Positions 52,219-62,724 of a stretch of DNA of 64,000 nucleotides are shown piece by piece (the first letter of the stretch is position 1; every line of letters starts with the position of its first letter). The translations under genes and the position numbers were made by a program. Below the pieces are notes generated by a model. The model was not told the origin of the DNA. It searched no databases and saw only the letters and a program-made list of their open reading frames with translations. This stretch comes from Diplonema japonicum (lineage: Eukaryota > Protista > Euglenozoa: Diplonemea). The stretch spans positions 124,001 to 188,000 of the forward strand of contig OZ025758.1 in NCBI GenBank assembly GCA_964019335.1. Direction: 5' to 3'.

Positions 52219-54142
52219 TTACTTTTCTGTGGCCTCATCGTCATCCTGCTCTGAATTCTCGATACGCGTCTTATTCAAAGCAAGCAGGTGAGGGCAGCGA
52301 ACTGGCGCGCCAACATCTCTCCCTGCTTCAGTGGCCTTTGCGATGGACAGCTTCGTGTGGAACTTAGGGTCAGACACGGTGCGGGGAAGGTTGACCTCAT
52401 CGAACACTGATGTCAGGCTCGATGTCAGCTCATCAAGCATTTCCTTGGTGTGAACAGGCGACGCTGTGACCCTGAGCCTCTCCCTCCCTCTTGGGACGGT
52501 GGGGTAGTTAATCGGTTGAACGTAAGCACCGTGTTTGTTAAGGAGCACATCCGACGCTTGCTTCGCCAGGACGGAATCGCACACCAGGACTGGAACGATG
52601 TGCGATTCACCGCTCAAAACGGGAAGCCCCGCCTCTTTCAACCCGTCCTTAAGGTACTTCACGTTGTCCCAGAACACCTTGCGCTTTGCGTCGCCTTCCG
52701 GGGATGCAAGAATCTGAATGCTCTTTGCAGCAGCGGCCGCCACAGCAGGAGGGATAGACGTGGTGAATATGAACCCTGATGCAAGAGAGCGGATGGCATC
52801 CACGATTTGATGGCTTCCGGCAATGTATCCACCATGGCAGCCGATGGCCTTGCCCAAGGTGGATTGAATGATGTCGACTTGGTCCGCCACACCGTCGCGC
52901 GCACAGACTCCAGCACCGCGGGGACCGTACATTCCCACAGCATGGACCTCGTCGCAATAGGTGAGCGCTCCGTACTTCTTAGCGAGCTTGATGATGTCCG
53001 GGATGGGTGCGATGGTGCCAGACATGGAGTATACAGACTCGAATGCGACAACAATCGGCGCCTTCGGGGAATTGAGCCTGATGTCTCTGAGAAGATCCTC
53101 AAGATGTTCAAGATCGTTGTGGCGCCAGATACGCTTTACAGCCTTTGAAGCGACGATCCCACGGATCATTGACGCGTGGTTCTCCTCGTCTGAGATGAAC
53201 ACGCAGTCCGGGAGGATCGATGTTAGGGTTGACAGCGTTGCCTCGTTGGCAACGTAGCCCGACGTGAAGACCAAAGAGGACTCTTTCTCGTGGTACGCTG
53301 CCAATCGTTGTTCCAGCTCGACGTGCGCTCGTGTGTTGCCCGAGATATTCCGTGTGCCTCCTGCACCCGTGCCGTACATTTCCACCGCTGTCTTCATCGC
53401 CTCCATCACTTCCTTGTGTTGTCCCATGGCCAAGTAGTCGTTGCTGCACCACACCGACACACTCTTTTTGAGTCCTTCTGGCGAGTACCACGTTGCCAAA
53501 GGGAATTCATTAGCGTGTCTCTGGATCTGTGTGAAGACCCTGTATCTCCCTTCCACCTTGAGCTGCTTCAACGCCTTCGTGAATCGGGTTTCATACTGTG
53601 GGTAATAAAAAAGATTGAGAAAATGGGTAAAAAACACCCATGGTGGGGATCGAACCCACAATCTTTTGCTTAGGAAGCAAACGCCTTATCCATTGGGCTA
53701 CACGGGCCACGTTTTGAATGAACGTGGCAAAACAAATCCGATGTGATCCCAAGAATCCAAGTCAGGTTGACCTTTCAACACCCTCTTCCCACTTTTATAG
53801 TTTTCAACTTTCTGCCAAAAGACACAGTGGGACTGGATTGGGCCAAACTAAATAAACATACCAAATCATCCCAATTCTTCTTTGCATGCTTGCAAACTTT
53901 GGGTGGCGAGAGCTGGCGTTCCGTGAGAGAGAGCTTGGTGCGGAGAGCTGCAATTTCTTGTTCTTGGTGGGCAATGGTCTGCTCACTTTCAAGAATCTGT
54001 GTTTTTTTTTTTTCTCTTTTTTTTTTTCTTCCCACCCTAGTCTACTCACCTTGGCTTGGAGAAACAGGGGATTGTTGATGAGCTGCTGTGTTTGGTTGAA
54101 TTGTTGCTTCTGGTAGACTGCCCTTACCAATGATCGCCTCAT
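52219..54142 (-). CDS. ALAS: 5-aminolevulinate synthase, mitochondrial-type, 3 exons (54142-54050, 53996-53862, 53595-52219), 534 aa
   Basis: [46 protein letters not shown] lysine in [21 protein letters not shown]. Donors GTGAGT and GTATGT, acceptors CACAG, all phase 0. Arg-rich N-terminal presequence MRRSLVRAV. Confidence 0.93.
53635..53707 (-). tRNA. trnR: tRNA-Arg (anticodon CCT), nested in ALAS intron 2
   Basis: GCCCGTGTAGCCCAATGGATAAGGCGTTTGCTTCCTAAGCAAAAGATTGTGGGTTCGATCCCCACCATGGGTG folds as a 73-nt cloverleaf (anticodon stem TTTGC/GCAAA, T arm GTGGG-TTCGATC-CCCAC), followed by a TTTTT Pol III terminator. Confidence 0.95.
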
Positions 54143-54302
54143 GATGTTTATTATTATTTTTTCTTTTTTTTTCTCCCGTGTGTTGTGTGTTGAACTATCA
54201 ACCCCAACCACCTGTAATAGTTTAGAGAAAAAGATGGAGGCAGGAAATCGAAAAGAAATCCAAAAAAAAAAAAAAAGACTCACAGTCAAGTCTGTAAGCA
54301 GA

Positions 54303-55010
54303 ATTTTTACCACTGTTTACGGTAACCCACAACCTTTTTTCCACTCAAATGGCTTTTTGTAAAAATTTTCCACTCTCCACGGCAACCTATTTTTATTTCC
54401 ACTAAACCATGTAAGTAAGAACTTTTTTTCCAACGTCCACGGTGGAGGTGTGTGTGCTTGGGAAAAACGTGTAGGCACAACCAGGGCTCGAAAAAGACAC
54501 CAAGAATTTCTCCTGGAAGTTGGCAAGGGCGATTTCCAAAGACGATTTAAAGCCAAAGCCGAGGTATCTGGCGTCGATGTACTTCTCCACCCCTCGCCCC
54601 CCTGCCTGTGAAGGATATGCCAAGGATGACCTCAAGCCCCCTGTTGTCACGAAGTCACAGATAGGCAGGCCAGCAAAGAGGAAGCGAAGTGAGAGAGAAG
54701 GGGAAAATAAATGCAGCAACTTGTAAAAACCTTTATTACTCAACCGCTGCGCCACAGCCACAATCATCCCAGCCTTCAGGGTAGTCACCTATTTCTCTTA
54801 AAAGGTCTCTTTTCCTTTTCTTTTGCTATGACATCATGCCCCCCCTCCCTACATTTTGTACCAAACCCCAATGAGGCATAAAAATGTCGGAGGTTACCGT
54901 GGACGGTGGAAAAAAAGTTAGTGGTTGCATAAGGGAAATTGTTGGTGGTTACAGTAAAAAGTGGAAAAAAGGTTGCAGGTTACCGTGGATGGTGGAAAAA
55001 AAGTTATTTG
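54303..55010. mobile_element. Inverted-repeat (MITE/foldback-like) element, possibly Mutator-derived
   Basis: Left end has ~3 copies of ttttccacNNtccacggtaacct; right end has 2 reverse-complement copies (aggttaccgtggacggtggaaaaaaagtt). Interior reads PPVVTKSQIGRPAKRKR...CS on the + strand. Confidence 0.5.
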
Positions 55011-55099
55011 GTTACCATGTACGTTGGTTTCCCCCCCCCCTTTTTTTTTTCTTTTTTAAATTCCACTTCCTTTTCGGCTTGCTAAGGCCGCTCACTCTT

Positions 55100-55784
55100 C
55101 TACTCGTCGTTGAATTTACCAGCTGGCAATTTGGCCTTAAAGCACTTGTAAGCACCCGGGTTTCCTCCCAAGTCGATGGGTTCTAGGTTTTCACAATGCG
55201 TCAAGAAATCAGAACCGATGGAAGAAACCTCGGTCATTCCTCGCAAGCCGAAGTTTTTAGAAACCCGTCGCCGATGGAAGAAACCTCGTTCGGGTCGCTG
55301 AACTCGACAGACTCCAGCTTCTTCTCTAAGAAACCCATCGTCAATGCTTGTGATAACGCCGGTGGGGTCGGTGGATACGACTGTTCGAATTTCAGAAGGA
55401 AGCTCCTGTGAGTGCACAGACAGTGAATTCTGTTGGCTGAGTCCCCCACCTCCACTTCTAGGATCATATCTGGCCGATCTTCTAATTCTATTTTTAACTC
55501 TTTTTGTACATTTTTGTCGGACAGGGTTTTTCAGGCCCACTGTTTTAACACGTGACACCACTTTCACCTCACAGCCATCCACGAGCCCGATCTCCACGAC
55601 GGTCTCCTCTCCCTGCATGTCCAGAACCTTTCCCTCCCAAAAAATCTCGCGTCTTCGAGTTCTGCAGTGTCCGCGGCATCATGATACAGCTGCATAACGG
55701 AGTCCTCCACCCCCGGTTCCAATTCGTGCAGAACTCCGTCTGGCGTGTAGTCATGAAGACTGCTATCTCGTCCGGGTCAGACAT
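55100..55784 (-). pseudogene. Frameshifted ubiquitin-like + BspA-type leucine-rich-repeat gene remnant
   Basis: Coding-like pieces split over frames: ETVVEIGLVDGCEVKV (Ubl end-like), VITSIDDGFL, EVSSIGDGFL, EVSSIGSDFLTHCENLEPIDL. Confidence 0.55.
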
Positions 55785-56646
55785 CTTTCTTTCATTCTCT
55801 TGAACTTTCTGTGATGCTACTAAAAGTTGGTCGTGATAATAACGATAATAATAGGCTGATTCAAGAAGAATCAGAAAAAAAAAAAGTTAGGTGTTTTGTT
55901 GGTTCAAGATCTCGTTTTTTTTTTTTTTTTTTTTTAAACAACAAGAGAATCGTGGGGGGGTTTTTTTTTCTTTTTTTTTTTCTCCCCGTGTTAGGGGAAC
56001 GTTCACTCTTCTGTTTCTTTTTTTTTTTGTTGACGTTCTTGTTCAATTCCATGTTCACTCTCATTTCCTTTCTTTTCTTACCACCCCCTATAATTCTTCA
56101 TGCTTTTACTTGCTGTTTTGCACCCCCTTTTTTTTTCCTCTTCCCCTCTCCCCTTTTTATTTTTTTTCAACACACATCAAAATCCATGTTGAATACAAGA
56201 AAATCAGGGGAATAAAAAAAAAAAAAAAAGCAACAACAAAACAAAAAGCAAGGCGAAAAGAGGGAGTAAACAAGAAAAAAAGTTCTTTTTTTTTTCCTGT
56301 TAAAAGTTGTATTCATCAAGCTGTAGATAGCTAGATTAAAAATATTTTTTTTTTTCTTATCCATTCTGGCTTTTCGCATTGCGCACCTTTTGGGCAGTTG
56401 ACAGCAAAAGTTTTTTTTTTTTTTTCTTTTGCATGAACAAGAAAAACAATATATTGATAATGAATTGTTAGTGCTAAAAAGAGTAGTGGTAGGTACAACA
56501 ATCAACCGACTCTTTTTTTCTTTTCCAGTATTTTCTTTCAACCTAAAATCTGCGCCCTTTTTTTTTTCTGCCAAGGAATATGAAAAAAAAAAATTTAAAA
56601 TAAAGTCGGTTTATTGACGTGAAAACCAGATAATAATATATATATA

Positions 56647-56706
<60 letters not shown>

Positions 56707-56863
56707 GAATCAGGCTTCACATCAAGTATCGCGCAGCAACAAAACTGCTGCAAGATCAAAAAAGGTGTCTTTGAAGGGAACCTGCAGAGAATGCCAGGAT
56801 CGCCTAACGACAGTAAGGGGGGAAAAAAAAGGAGGGAAAGGGAGGGGGGGGAATCTATGACAT

Positions 56864-59800
56864 TCAGATGTTTCCGCACTCCACATCAGGGGTGGAATCT
56901 TTCGTGGGTGCAAGTGGTTGCTCCACGTCCTCCAGAAGCTGCTGCATCCCACTAGTGGGCTGTCTCCTTTTGGTGTAGACTGTGAGTGCAATTGCCGAAC
57001 CCATACACAAAGCACCTACGCCACCGAGCAATCCGTAGAGCCACGTCTGCGATGAAGAGGAAGAAGCATCAGAAGGAGGTGACGAGTTTGTAAGTGCCGT
57101 GTTCCCCTCAGCCACTGGCTTCACCACGAGGGACTGCCCGTCTGCGTTGTCCGTGAGAGGGCCCTTGCCTTGTGCTGCCTCTTCCACAGCCCCATTCACC
57201 TCGGCTTCGATCTCCTCGGCTTTGCTCCCTTCGATCTTGTACTCCACGAAAACACCATCTTGAGCCGCTGCCTGCTGCAGACCTGACTTCCTTGTGTACC
57301 TCCCCATCCTGTCCTTCTCCTCCACAAGGTGCTCCATGTTCCACTTCCTGTCGACCTTCACCGTCCACTGCTTCTTCTCCTCCTCGGTGGGCATTCTCTC
57401 CCCGTCCACCAGTACTCCCATCTCAGTCACCACAAGGCTTGCAGGTTCATCCCCCAACTTCTTCGACGCCTTCAACATTGACATCCGGAACTTGCTGAGG
57501 AACTCCTTCGGCTTCTGCATCACCTCCGCTGCGTCACCTTTAAGCTTCAGGCGGTAGTTCGAGGACACCACAGGTGATGTGCTTTCTTTCCTTTCGGTGC
57601 TCACATCACGGTCCTTCTTGTCGGCATCGAAGTCACGGTCCTTCTTGTCGGTATCGAAGTCACGGTTCTTCTTGTCGGCATCGAAGTCACGGTCCTTCTT
57701 GTCATCAGTCTTGACATCACGGTCCTTCTTGTCGGCATCGAAGTCACGGTTCTTCTTGTCGGTATCGAAGTCACGGTCCTTCTTGTCATCAGTCTTGACA
57801 TCACGGTCCTTCTTGTCGGCATCGAAGTCACGGTCCTTCTTGTCGGTATCGAAGTCACGGTCCTTCTTGTCATCAGTCTTGACATCACGGTCCTTCTTGT
57901 CGGCATCGAAGTCACGGTTCTTCTTGTCGGTATCGAAGTCACGGTCCTTCTTGTCATCAGTCTTGACATCACGGTCCTTCTTGTCGGTATCGAAGTCACG
58001 GTCCTTCTTGTCATCAGTCTTGACATCACGGTCCTTCTTGTCGGCATCGAAGTCACGGTTCTTCTTGTCGGTATCGAAGTCACGGTCCTTCTTGTCATCA
58101 GTCTTGACATCACGGTCCTTCTTGTCGGCATCGAAGTCACGGTCCTTCTTGTCGGTATCGAAGTCACGGTCCTTCTTGTCATCAGCCTTGACATCACGGT
58201 CCTTCTTGTCATCAGCCTTGACATCACGGTCCTTCTTGTCGGTATCGAAGTCACGGTCCTTCTTGTCATCAGTCTTGACATCACGGTCCTTCTTGTCGGC
58301 ATCGAAGTCACGGTCCTTCTTGTCATCAGTCTTGACATTACGGTCCTTCTTGTCGGCATCGAAGTCACGGTCCTTCTTGTCGGCATCGAAGTCACGGTCC
58401 TTCTCGTCAGTATCTAAGTCACGGTCCTTCTTGTCGGTATCGAAGTCACGGTCCTTCTTGTCATCAGTCTTGACATCACGGTCCTTCTTGTCGGCATCGA
58501 AGTCACGGTCCTTCTTGTCGGTATCGAAGTCACGGTCCTTCTTGTCATCAGTCTTGACATCACGGTCCTTCTTGTCGTCAGTCTTGACATCACGGTCCTT
58601 CTTGTCGGCATCGAAGTCACGGTTCTTCTTGTCGGTATCGAAGTCACGGTCCTTCTTGTCATCAGTCTTGACATCACGGTCCTTCTTGTCGGTATCGAAG
58701 TCACGGTCCTTCTTAGCCTTGACATCACGGTCCTTCTTGTCGGCATCGAAGTCACGGTCCTTCTTGTCATCAGTCTTGACATCACGGTCCTTCTCGTCGG
58801 TATCGAAGTCACGGTCCTTCTTGTCATCAGTCTTGACATCACGGTCCTTCTTGTCGGCATCGAAGTCACGGTCCTTCTTGTCATCAGCCTTGACATCACG
58901 GTCCTTCTTGTCGGCATCGAAGTCACGGTCCTTCTTGTCGGTATCGAAGTCACGGTCCTTCTTGTCATCAGTCTTGACATCACGGTCCTTCTTGTCGTCA
59001 GTCTTGACATCACGGTCCTTCTTGTCATCAGTCTTGACATCACGGTCCTTCTTGTCATCAGTCTTGACATCACGGTCCTTCTTGTCGGCATCGAAGTCAC
59101 GGTCCTTCTTGTCATCAGTCTTGACATTACGGTCCTTCTTGTCGGCATCGAAGTCACGGTCCTTCTTGTCGGCATCGAAGTCACGGTCCTTCTCGTCAGT
59201 ATCTAAGTCACGGTCCTTCTTGTCGGTATCGAAGTCACGGTCCTTCTTGTCATCAGTCTTGACATCACGGTCCTTCTTGTCGTCAGTCTTGACATCACGG
59301 TCCTTCTTGTCGTCAGTCTTGACATCACGGTCCTTCTTGTCATCAGTCTTGACATCACGGTCCTTCTTGTCGGCATCGAAGTCACGGTCCTTCTTGTCAT
59401 CAGTCTTGACATCACGGTCCTTCTCGTCGGTATCGAAGTCACGGTCCTTCTTGTCGGTATCGAAGTCACGGTCCTTCTTGTCGGTATCGAAGTCACGGTC
59501 CTTCTTGTCATCAGTCTTGACATCACGGTCCTTCTTGTCGTCAGTCTTGACATCACGGTCCTTCTTGTCGGCATCGAAGTCACGGTTCTTCTTGTCGGTA
59601 TCGAAGTCACGGTCCTTCTTGTCATCAGTCTTGACATCACGGTCCTTCTTGTCGGTATCGAAGTCACGGTCCTTCTTAGCCTTGACATCACGGTCCTTCT
59701 TGTCGGCATCGAAGTCACGGTCCTTCTTGTCGGTATCGAAGTCACGGTCCTTCTTGTCGGTATCGAAGTCACGGTCCTTCTTGTCGGTATCGAAGTCACG

Positions 59801-59974
59801 GTCCTTCTTGTCATCAGTCTTGACATCACGGTCCTTCTTGTCGTCAGTCTTGACATCACGGTCCTTCTTGTCATCAGTCTTGACATCACGGTCCTTAGTT
59901 GTAGCTGATGCGTCCTGTGCACCTGCCAGGAGCACAACAGCCCCCAAAGCAAGAAGCATCCTGAAGCTTAACAT
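56864..59974 (-). CDS. Type I membrane protein with a ~770-aa charged KKDRD-repeat ectodomain
   Basis: Signal peptide MLSFRMLLALGAVVLLAGAQDA; roughly 80 units of DKKDRDFD(T/A) or DDKKDRDVKT; non-repetitive domain; TM WLYGLLGGVGALCMGSAIALTVY followed by KRR. Confidence 0.9.
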   Translation of the reverse strand: MLSFRMLLALGAVVLLAGAQDASATTKDRDVKTDDKKDRDVKTDDKKDRDVKTDDKKDRDFDTDKKDRDFDTDKKDRDFDTDKKDRDFDADKKDRDVKAKKDRDFDTDKKDRDVKTDDKKDRDFDTDKKNRDFDADKKDRDVKTDDKKDRDVKTDDKKDRDFDTDKKDRDFDTDKKDRDFDTDEKDRDVKTDDKKDRDFDADKKDRDVKTDDKKDRDVKTDDKKDRDVKTDDKKDRDVKTDDKKDRDFDTDKKDRDLDTDEKDRDFDADKKDRDFDADKKDRNVKTDDKKDRDFDADKKDRDVKTDDKKDRDVKTDDKKDRDVKTDDKKDRDVKTDDKKDRDFDTDKKDRDFDADKKDRDVKADDKKDRDFDADKKDRDVKTDDKKDRDFDTDEKDRDVKTDDKKDRDFDADKKDRDVKAKKDRDFDTDKKDRDVKTDDKKDRDFDTDKKNRDFDADKKDRDVKTDDKKDRDVKTDDKKDRDFDTDKKDRDFDADKKDRDVKTDDKKDRDFDTDKKDRDLDTDEKDRDFDADKKDRDFDADKKDRNVKTDDKKDRDFDADKKDRDVKTDDKKDRDFDTDKKDRDVKADDKKDRDVKADDKKDRDFDTDKKDRDFDADKKDRDVKTDDKKDRDFDTDKKNRDFDADKKDRDVKTDDKKDRDFDTDKKDRDVKTDDKKDRDFDTDKKNRDFDADKKDRDVKTDDKKDRDFDTDKKDRDFDADKKDRDVKTDDKKDRDFDTDKKNRDFDADKKDRDVKTDDKKDRDFDADKKNRDFDTDKKDRDFDADKKDRDVSTERKESTSPVVSSNYRLKLKGDAAEVMQKPKEFLSKFRMSMLKASKKLGDEPASLVVTEMGVLVDGERMPTEEEKKQWTVKVDRKWNMEHLVEEKDRMGRYTRKSGLQQAAAQDGVFVEYKIEGSKAEEIEAEVNGAVEEAAQGKGPLTDNADGQSLVVKPVAEGNTALTNSSPPSDASSSSSQTWLYGLLGGVGALCMGSAIALTVYTKRRQPTSGMQQLLEDVEQPLAPTKDSTPDVECGNI
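57601..59896. repeat. Coding minisatellite of 27/30-bp units with higher-order duplication
   Basis: Unit core tcacggtccttcttgtc; rare variants (tatctaagtc, gacatta) recur 789 bp apart. Confidence 0.95.
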
Positions 59975-61615
59975 TTGAAGATGACGCGGTGGTTCTTCTT
60001 TTTTATTATCCCCTCCTTTTTTTTCTTTGTGTATTAGACCTGTTTATGTGTGTTTCAAGCAGGAGCAGTAACGAGAGGAAAGAAAAAGAGAAGAAGAATG
60101 ACTTTGGTTGCTTCATAAACCGCCTGGCGTACGAGCAACTTCTTAACCGTGCTAGCGGATGTTGCACCCTTCTGTGCTGAAGGATGCATGGCTGCGGGAA
60201 GAAAAAAGAAGCTGCGCCTTACTGACTGGGATCTTACACGTGTCTGTCACCATTCCGAGGTTGCATCTCTGGTGCTGAGCTGTGCTGAGAACATCAAATA
60301 AAGAGCTGTTCGAGTAGACGAGAATAACTAACTGTCGCAGAGTGAAAGTCATGCGATGAATTGATGATTTTTTTAAAGATCATCATGAGAAAGTTTGTCT
60401 TTCAAGAAAGGCTTCAAACCGAGAAATTCAGAATGGCCGAGGCCACGTGGTGAACTGCATCAATGTGACCCATGTGCGTTCAGACATTTATCTTCCGGTG
60501 ATCTTTGTTTTACAGTTTTTTTTTTTTTTTTTTTTTTTTTTTTGTTTTTAATTAAATTCCGAAGAGGAAAAGGGGACCTGTGGAGGAATCTTCAGGGTAC
60601 CTTGTGGAGATATCAGACGAGAGCCCGCAGTTGAGGGCCGCGTAAGGGACGCATTGGTCCATGCGGTATCCGAAGGCCACGTGGAAGCTGCCAGGGGCCG
60701 TCATGTGGGGCATGATGACCCAGCTGAAGGTACCTCATATGCGAAAGTGGATGTCGGAGAAGGCCAAGGCTCTGCAGGCGGGAACAGCGACCTGGAGCTC
60801 GAAGGCTGCGATAAGTCCACGATGACGAGTCGTAGAAACTATCTCGTTGTTCCTTTGGAAGTCCCGCTTTTCGGAGCGGGTGGATCTGTCTGGGTTTTGT
60901 TAGTCACGTCTCTGAAAAGCATGCTATTTTTACGCATTCAACTCTTAAATTAAAACATCTGAGGGGGTTCTCGGAATGTAGCGAGAAACGCCATTTCGAG
61001 GTCACGTGCACGATACTTGAGCAGTCCCGGTATGCGCATTCTAGCTAAGGAAAAAAAAAAAAAAGAAAATAATAGGGTTGTTAAGAAAATGTTGGTTTCT
61101 TCAACGGTTCGATTCAAAAAGAAAGGTGCTAGACCTTTATAAAAATTACGTTATCACTTAGTGATCCATGTCCACGGTCATCTTTAGTAAAAGGCGAAAG
61201 ATGAGTTCGTTATGAACAAGAATCGTGAGATGCCTTCTCAAGACAAAAACAAACCTCCTTTTACAAAGTATGGTACAACGAAAAGGGGTACGAAAGCTTC
61301 CAGGTTAATGGGAAAAACCAAAGCAATGGAACCCGAACCCACGTACATCGGGGTAACTGAGCAAAATAAAAAGCGAAAATTAAAAATGAGTGAAGAAAAG
61401 AAAAGAATACAAAAGAATAAAAGAGACTCCTCAAGAGGAGCCTCCCACGTACCAGGAATTAAGCAGAGGTTGCTTCCATGGCCCGTATCAGTCTATCGCC
61501 GGAAAGAATAATGAAAATAACAGAACGAAGCGAGAAAGGAAAAGAGAAAAGACGGTAGAGGTCCTAGAGGTCTGTGAAACCTTGCATAGCCTATCGCCCT
61601 CGTAGCACGCCTATA

Positions 61616-61786
61616 TGCGGAAAATCACCCCTTTCTTTGCGGAAAATCACCCCTTTCTTTGTGGAAAATCACCCCTTTCTTTGCGGAAAATCACCCCTTT
61701 CTTTGTGGAAAATCACCCCTTATTTGCGGAAAATCACCCCTATGTTTGCGGAAAATCACCCCTATGTTTGCGGAAAATCACCCCTT
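61616..61786. repeat. Tandem minisatellite, 8 copies of ~22 bp (tgcggaaaatcacccctttctt)
   Basis: Directly abutting 21-22-bp units with no unique spacers. Confidence 0.92.
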
Positions 61787-62685
61787 TAAATGCGAAGATG
61801 ACCACGCCCTGCCGACCCTGCAGAGGCTTCCCCAAGCCCTGTACCCCCACACACCCCCGAAGAATTCCAAAGCCCTGGGAAAAGCTTTAAAAAATGGATT
61901 CTTTGGGTTCTCGGCCTTGCAGGTGGCGCTGCGAGTCCGGATAAAAGACCCCCAACCCAAAATAACGTAGGATCAGGGGGGTTTGCTACAGGCTTCGATT
62001 GCGCGAGGTCCTCCAGATGTGGGGGGCCTTGGCCCCATGTCTGGCGTAATGTGCATGCCACCTTTCGTTCTATTGAACCATGTTAGCCAGCTCCCCCATA
62101 CCCCCTTCTTCCAGTTCGTATTTAGGATCTATAGCTGCATAGTCGATGTCCTCGATGCCATTCTGCCAGTGCTAGCAGAATCTGGCTTTTGGATTTTGGC
62201 ACATGTTAAAATGCAACACGACTTTAAAACCTATCGAAAGATGGATTACTGATACGGATGTCCCATCCTCTGACCAGCAGCTCACTGCTGTACAACTTGC
62301 TGAAATCACAAATACTGCACCCTCGCACTCTCTTAAAGTTCCCCCACCTCTTCTCCTGCAAAGCCGCACACTTCTTGTAACCTTGAACCTTCTTGGCATG
62401 ATTGCTTCCTTAAAACGGTCATTGCATGGTTGTACCCATTAAAGACTAGTTTTCATTTGTAAGTAGTGTAGTGTTCCCTCTCAATGTTGCTGTTTCTTTT
62501 TTTTTTTGTTTTAAACAATAGATGGAATCCCAATAACGTCAGGATCAGCTACCTTGGAACGTCCACATACTTCCGCTATTCTATTCCATTTTGGAGGAGA
62601 TGTACTCTTATTATTTCCTCCGGCGACGACGGACGCAGCGGCAAACCCAAGTAGAGGTGGCAGGCACCAGCAGAACACGAACGAC

Positions 62686-62724
62686 CAATAAAGTACAGAA
62701 ACTGTAGCTTTAGAATCATTGGTC
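62686..62724 (-). ncRNA. Spliced-leader (mini-exon) sequence, solitary copy; probably the 5' end of a retroposed trans-spliced RNA or an SL pseudogene
   Basis: GACCAATGATTCTAAAGCTACAGTTTCTGTACTTTATTG is 39 nt, ends in the conserved euglenozoan CAGTTTCTGTACTTTATTG, and has a diplonemid-like (A)ACCAA start. Confidence 0.85.

Noticed and set aside
53596-53661. ORF-track N-terminus of ALAS (MWVRSPPW...)
   Set aside because: It is intron/tRNA sequence read in frame; a canonical three-exon model fits better
42300-56860. Many short K/F-rich ORFs in spacers
   Set aside because: Products of poly-A/poly-T tracts in intergenic DNA
57579-59978. 799-aa plus-strand SRSFLS-repeat ORF and MTRRTV-repeat frames
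   Set aside because: Shadows of the coding minisatellite; only the KKDRD frame has a signal peptide and TM anchor
60555-60900. GC-richer segment that might be a decayed gene or tyrosine-recombinase relic
   Set aside because: Stops in the candidate frames and only 3-4 residue motif resemblances; not supportable
61616-61786. Possible CRISPR array
   Set aside because: Units abut with only 4-6 variable low-complexity bases; no unique spacers, no cas genes, eukaryotic context
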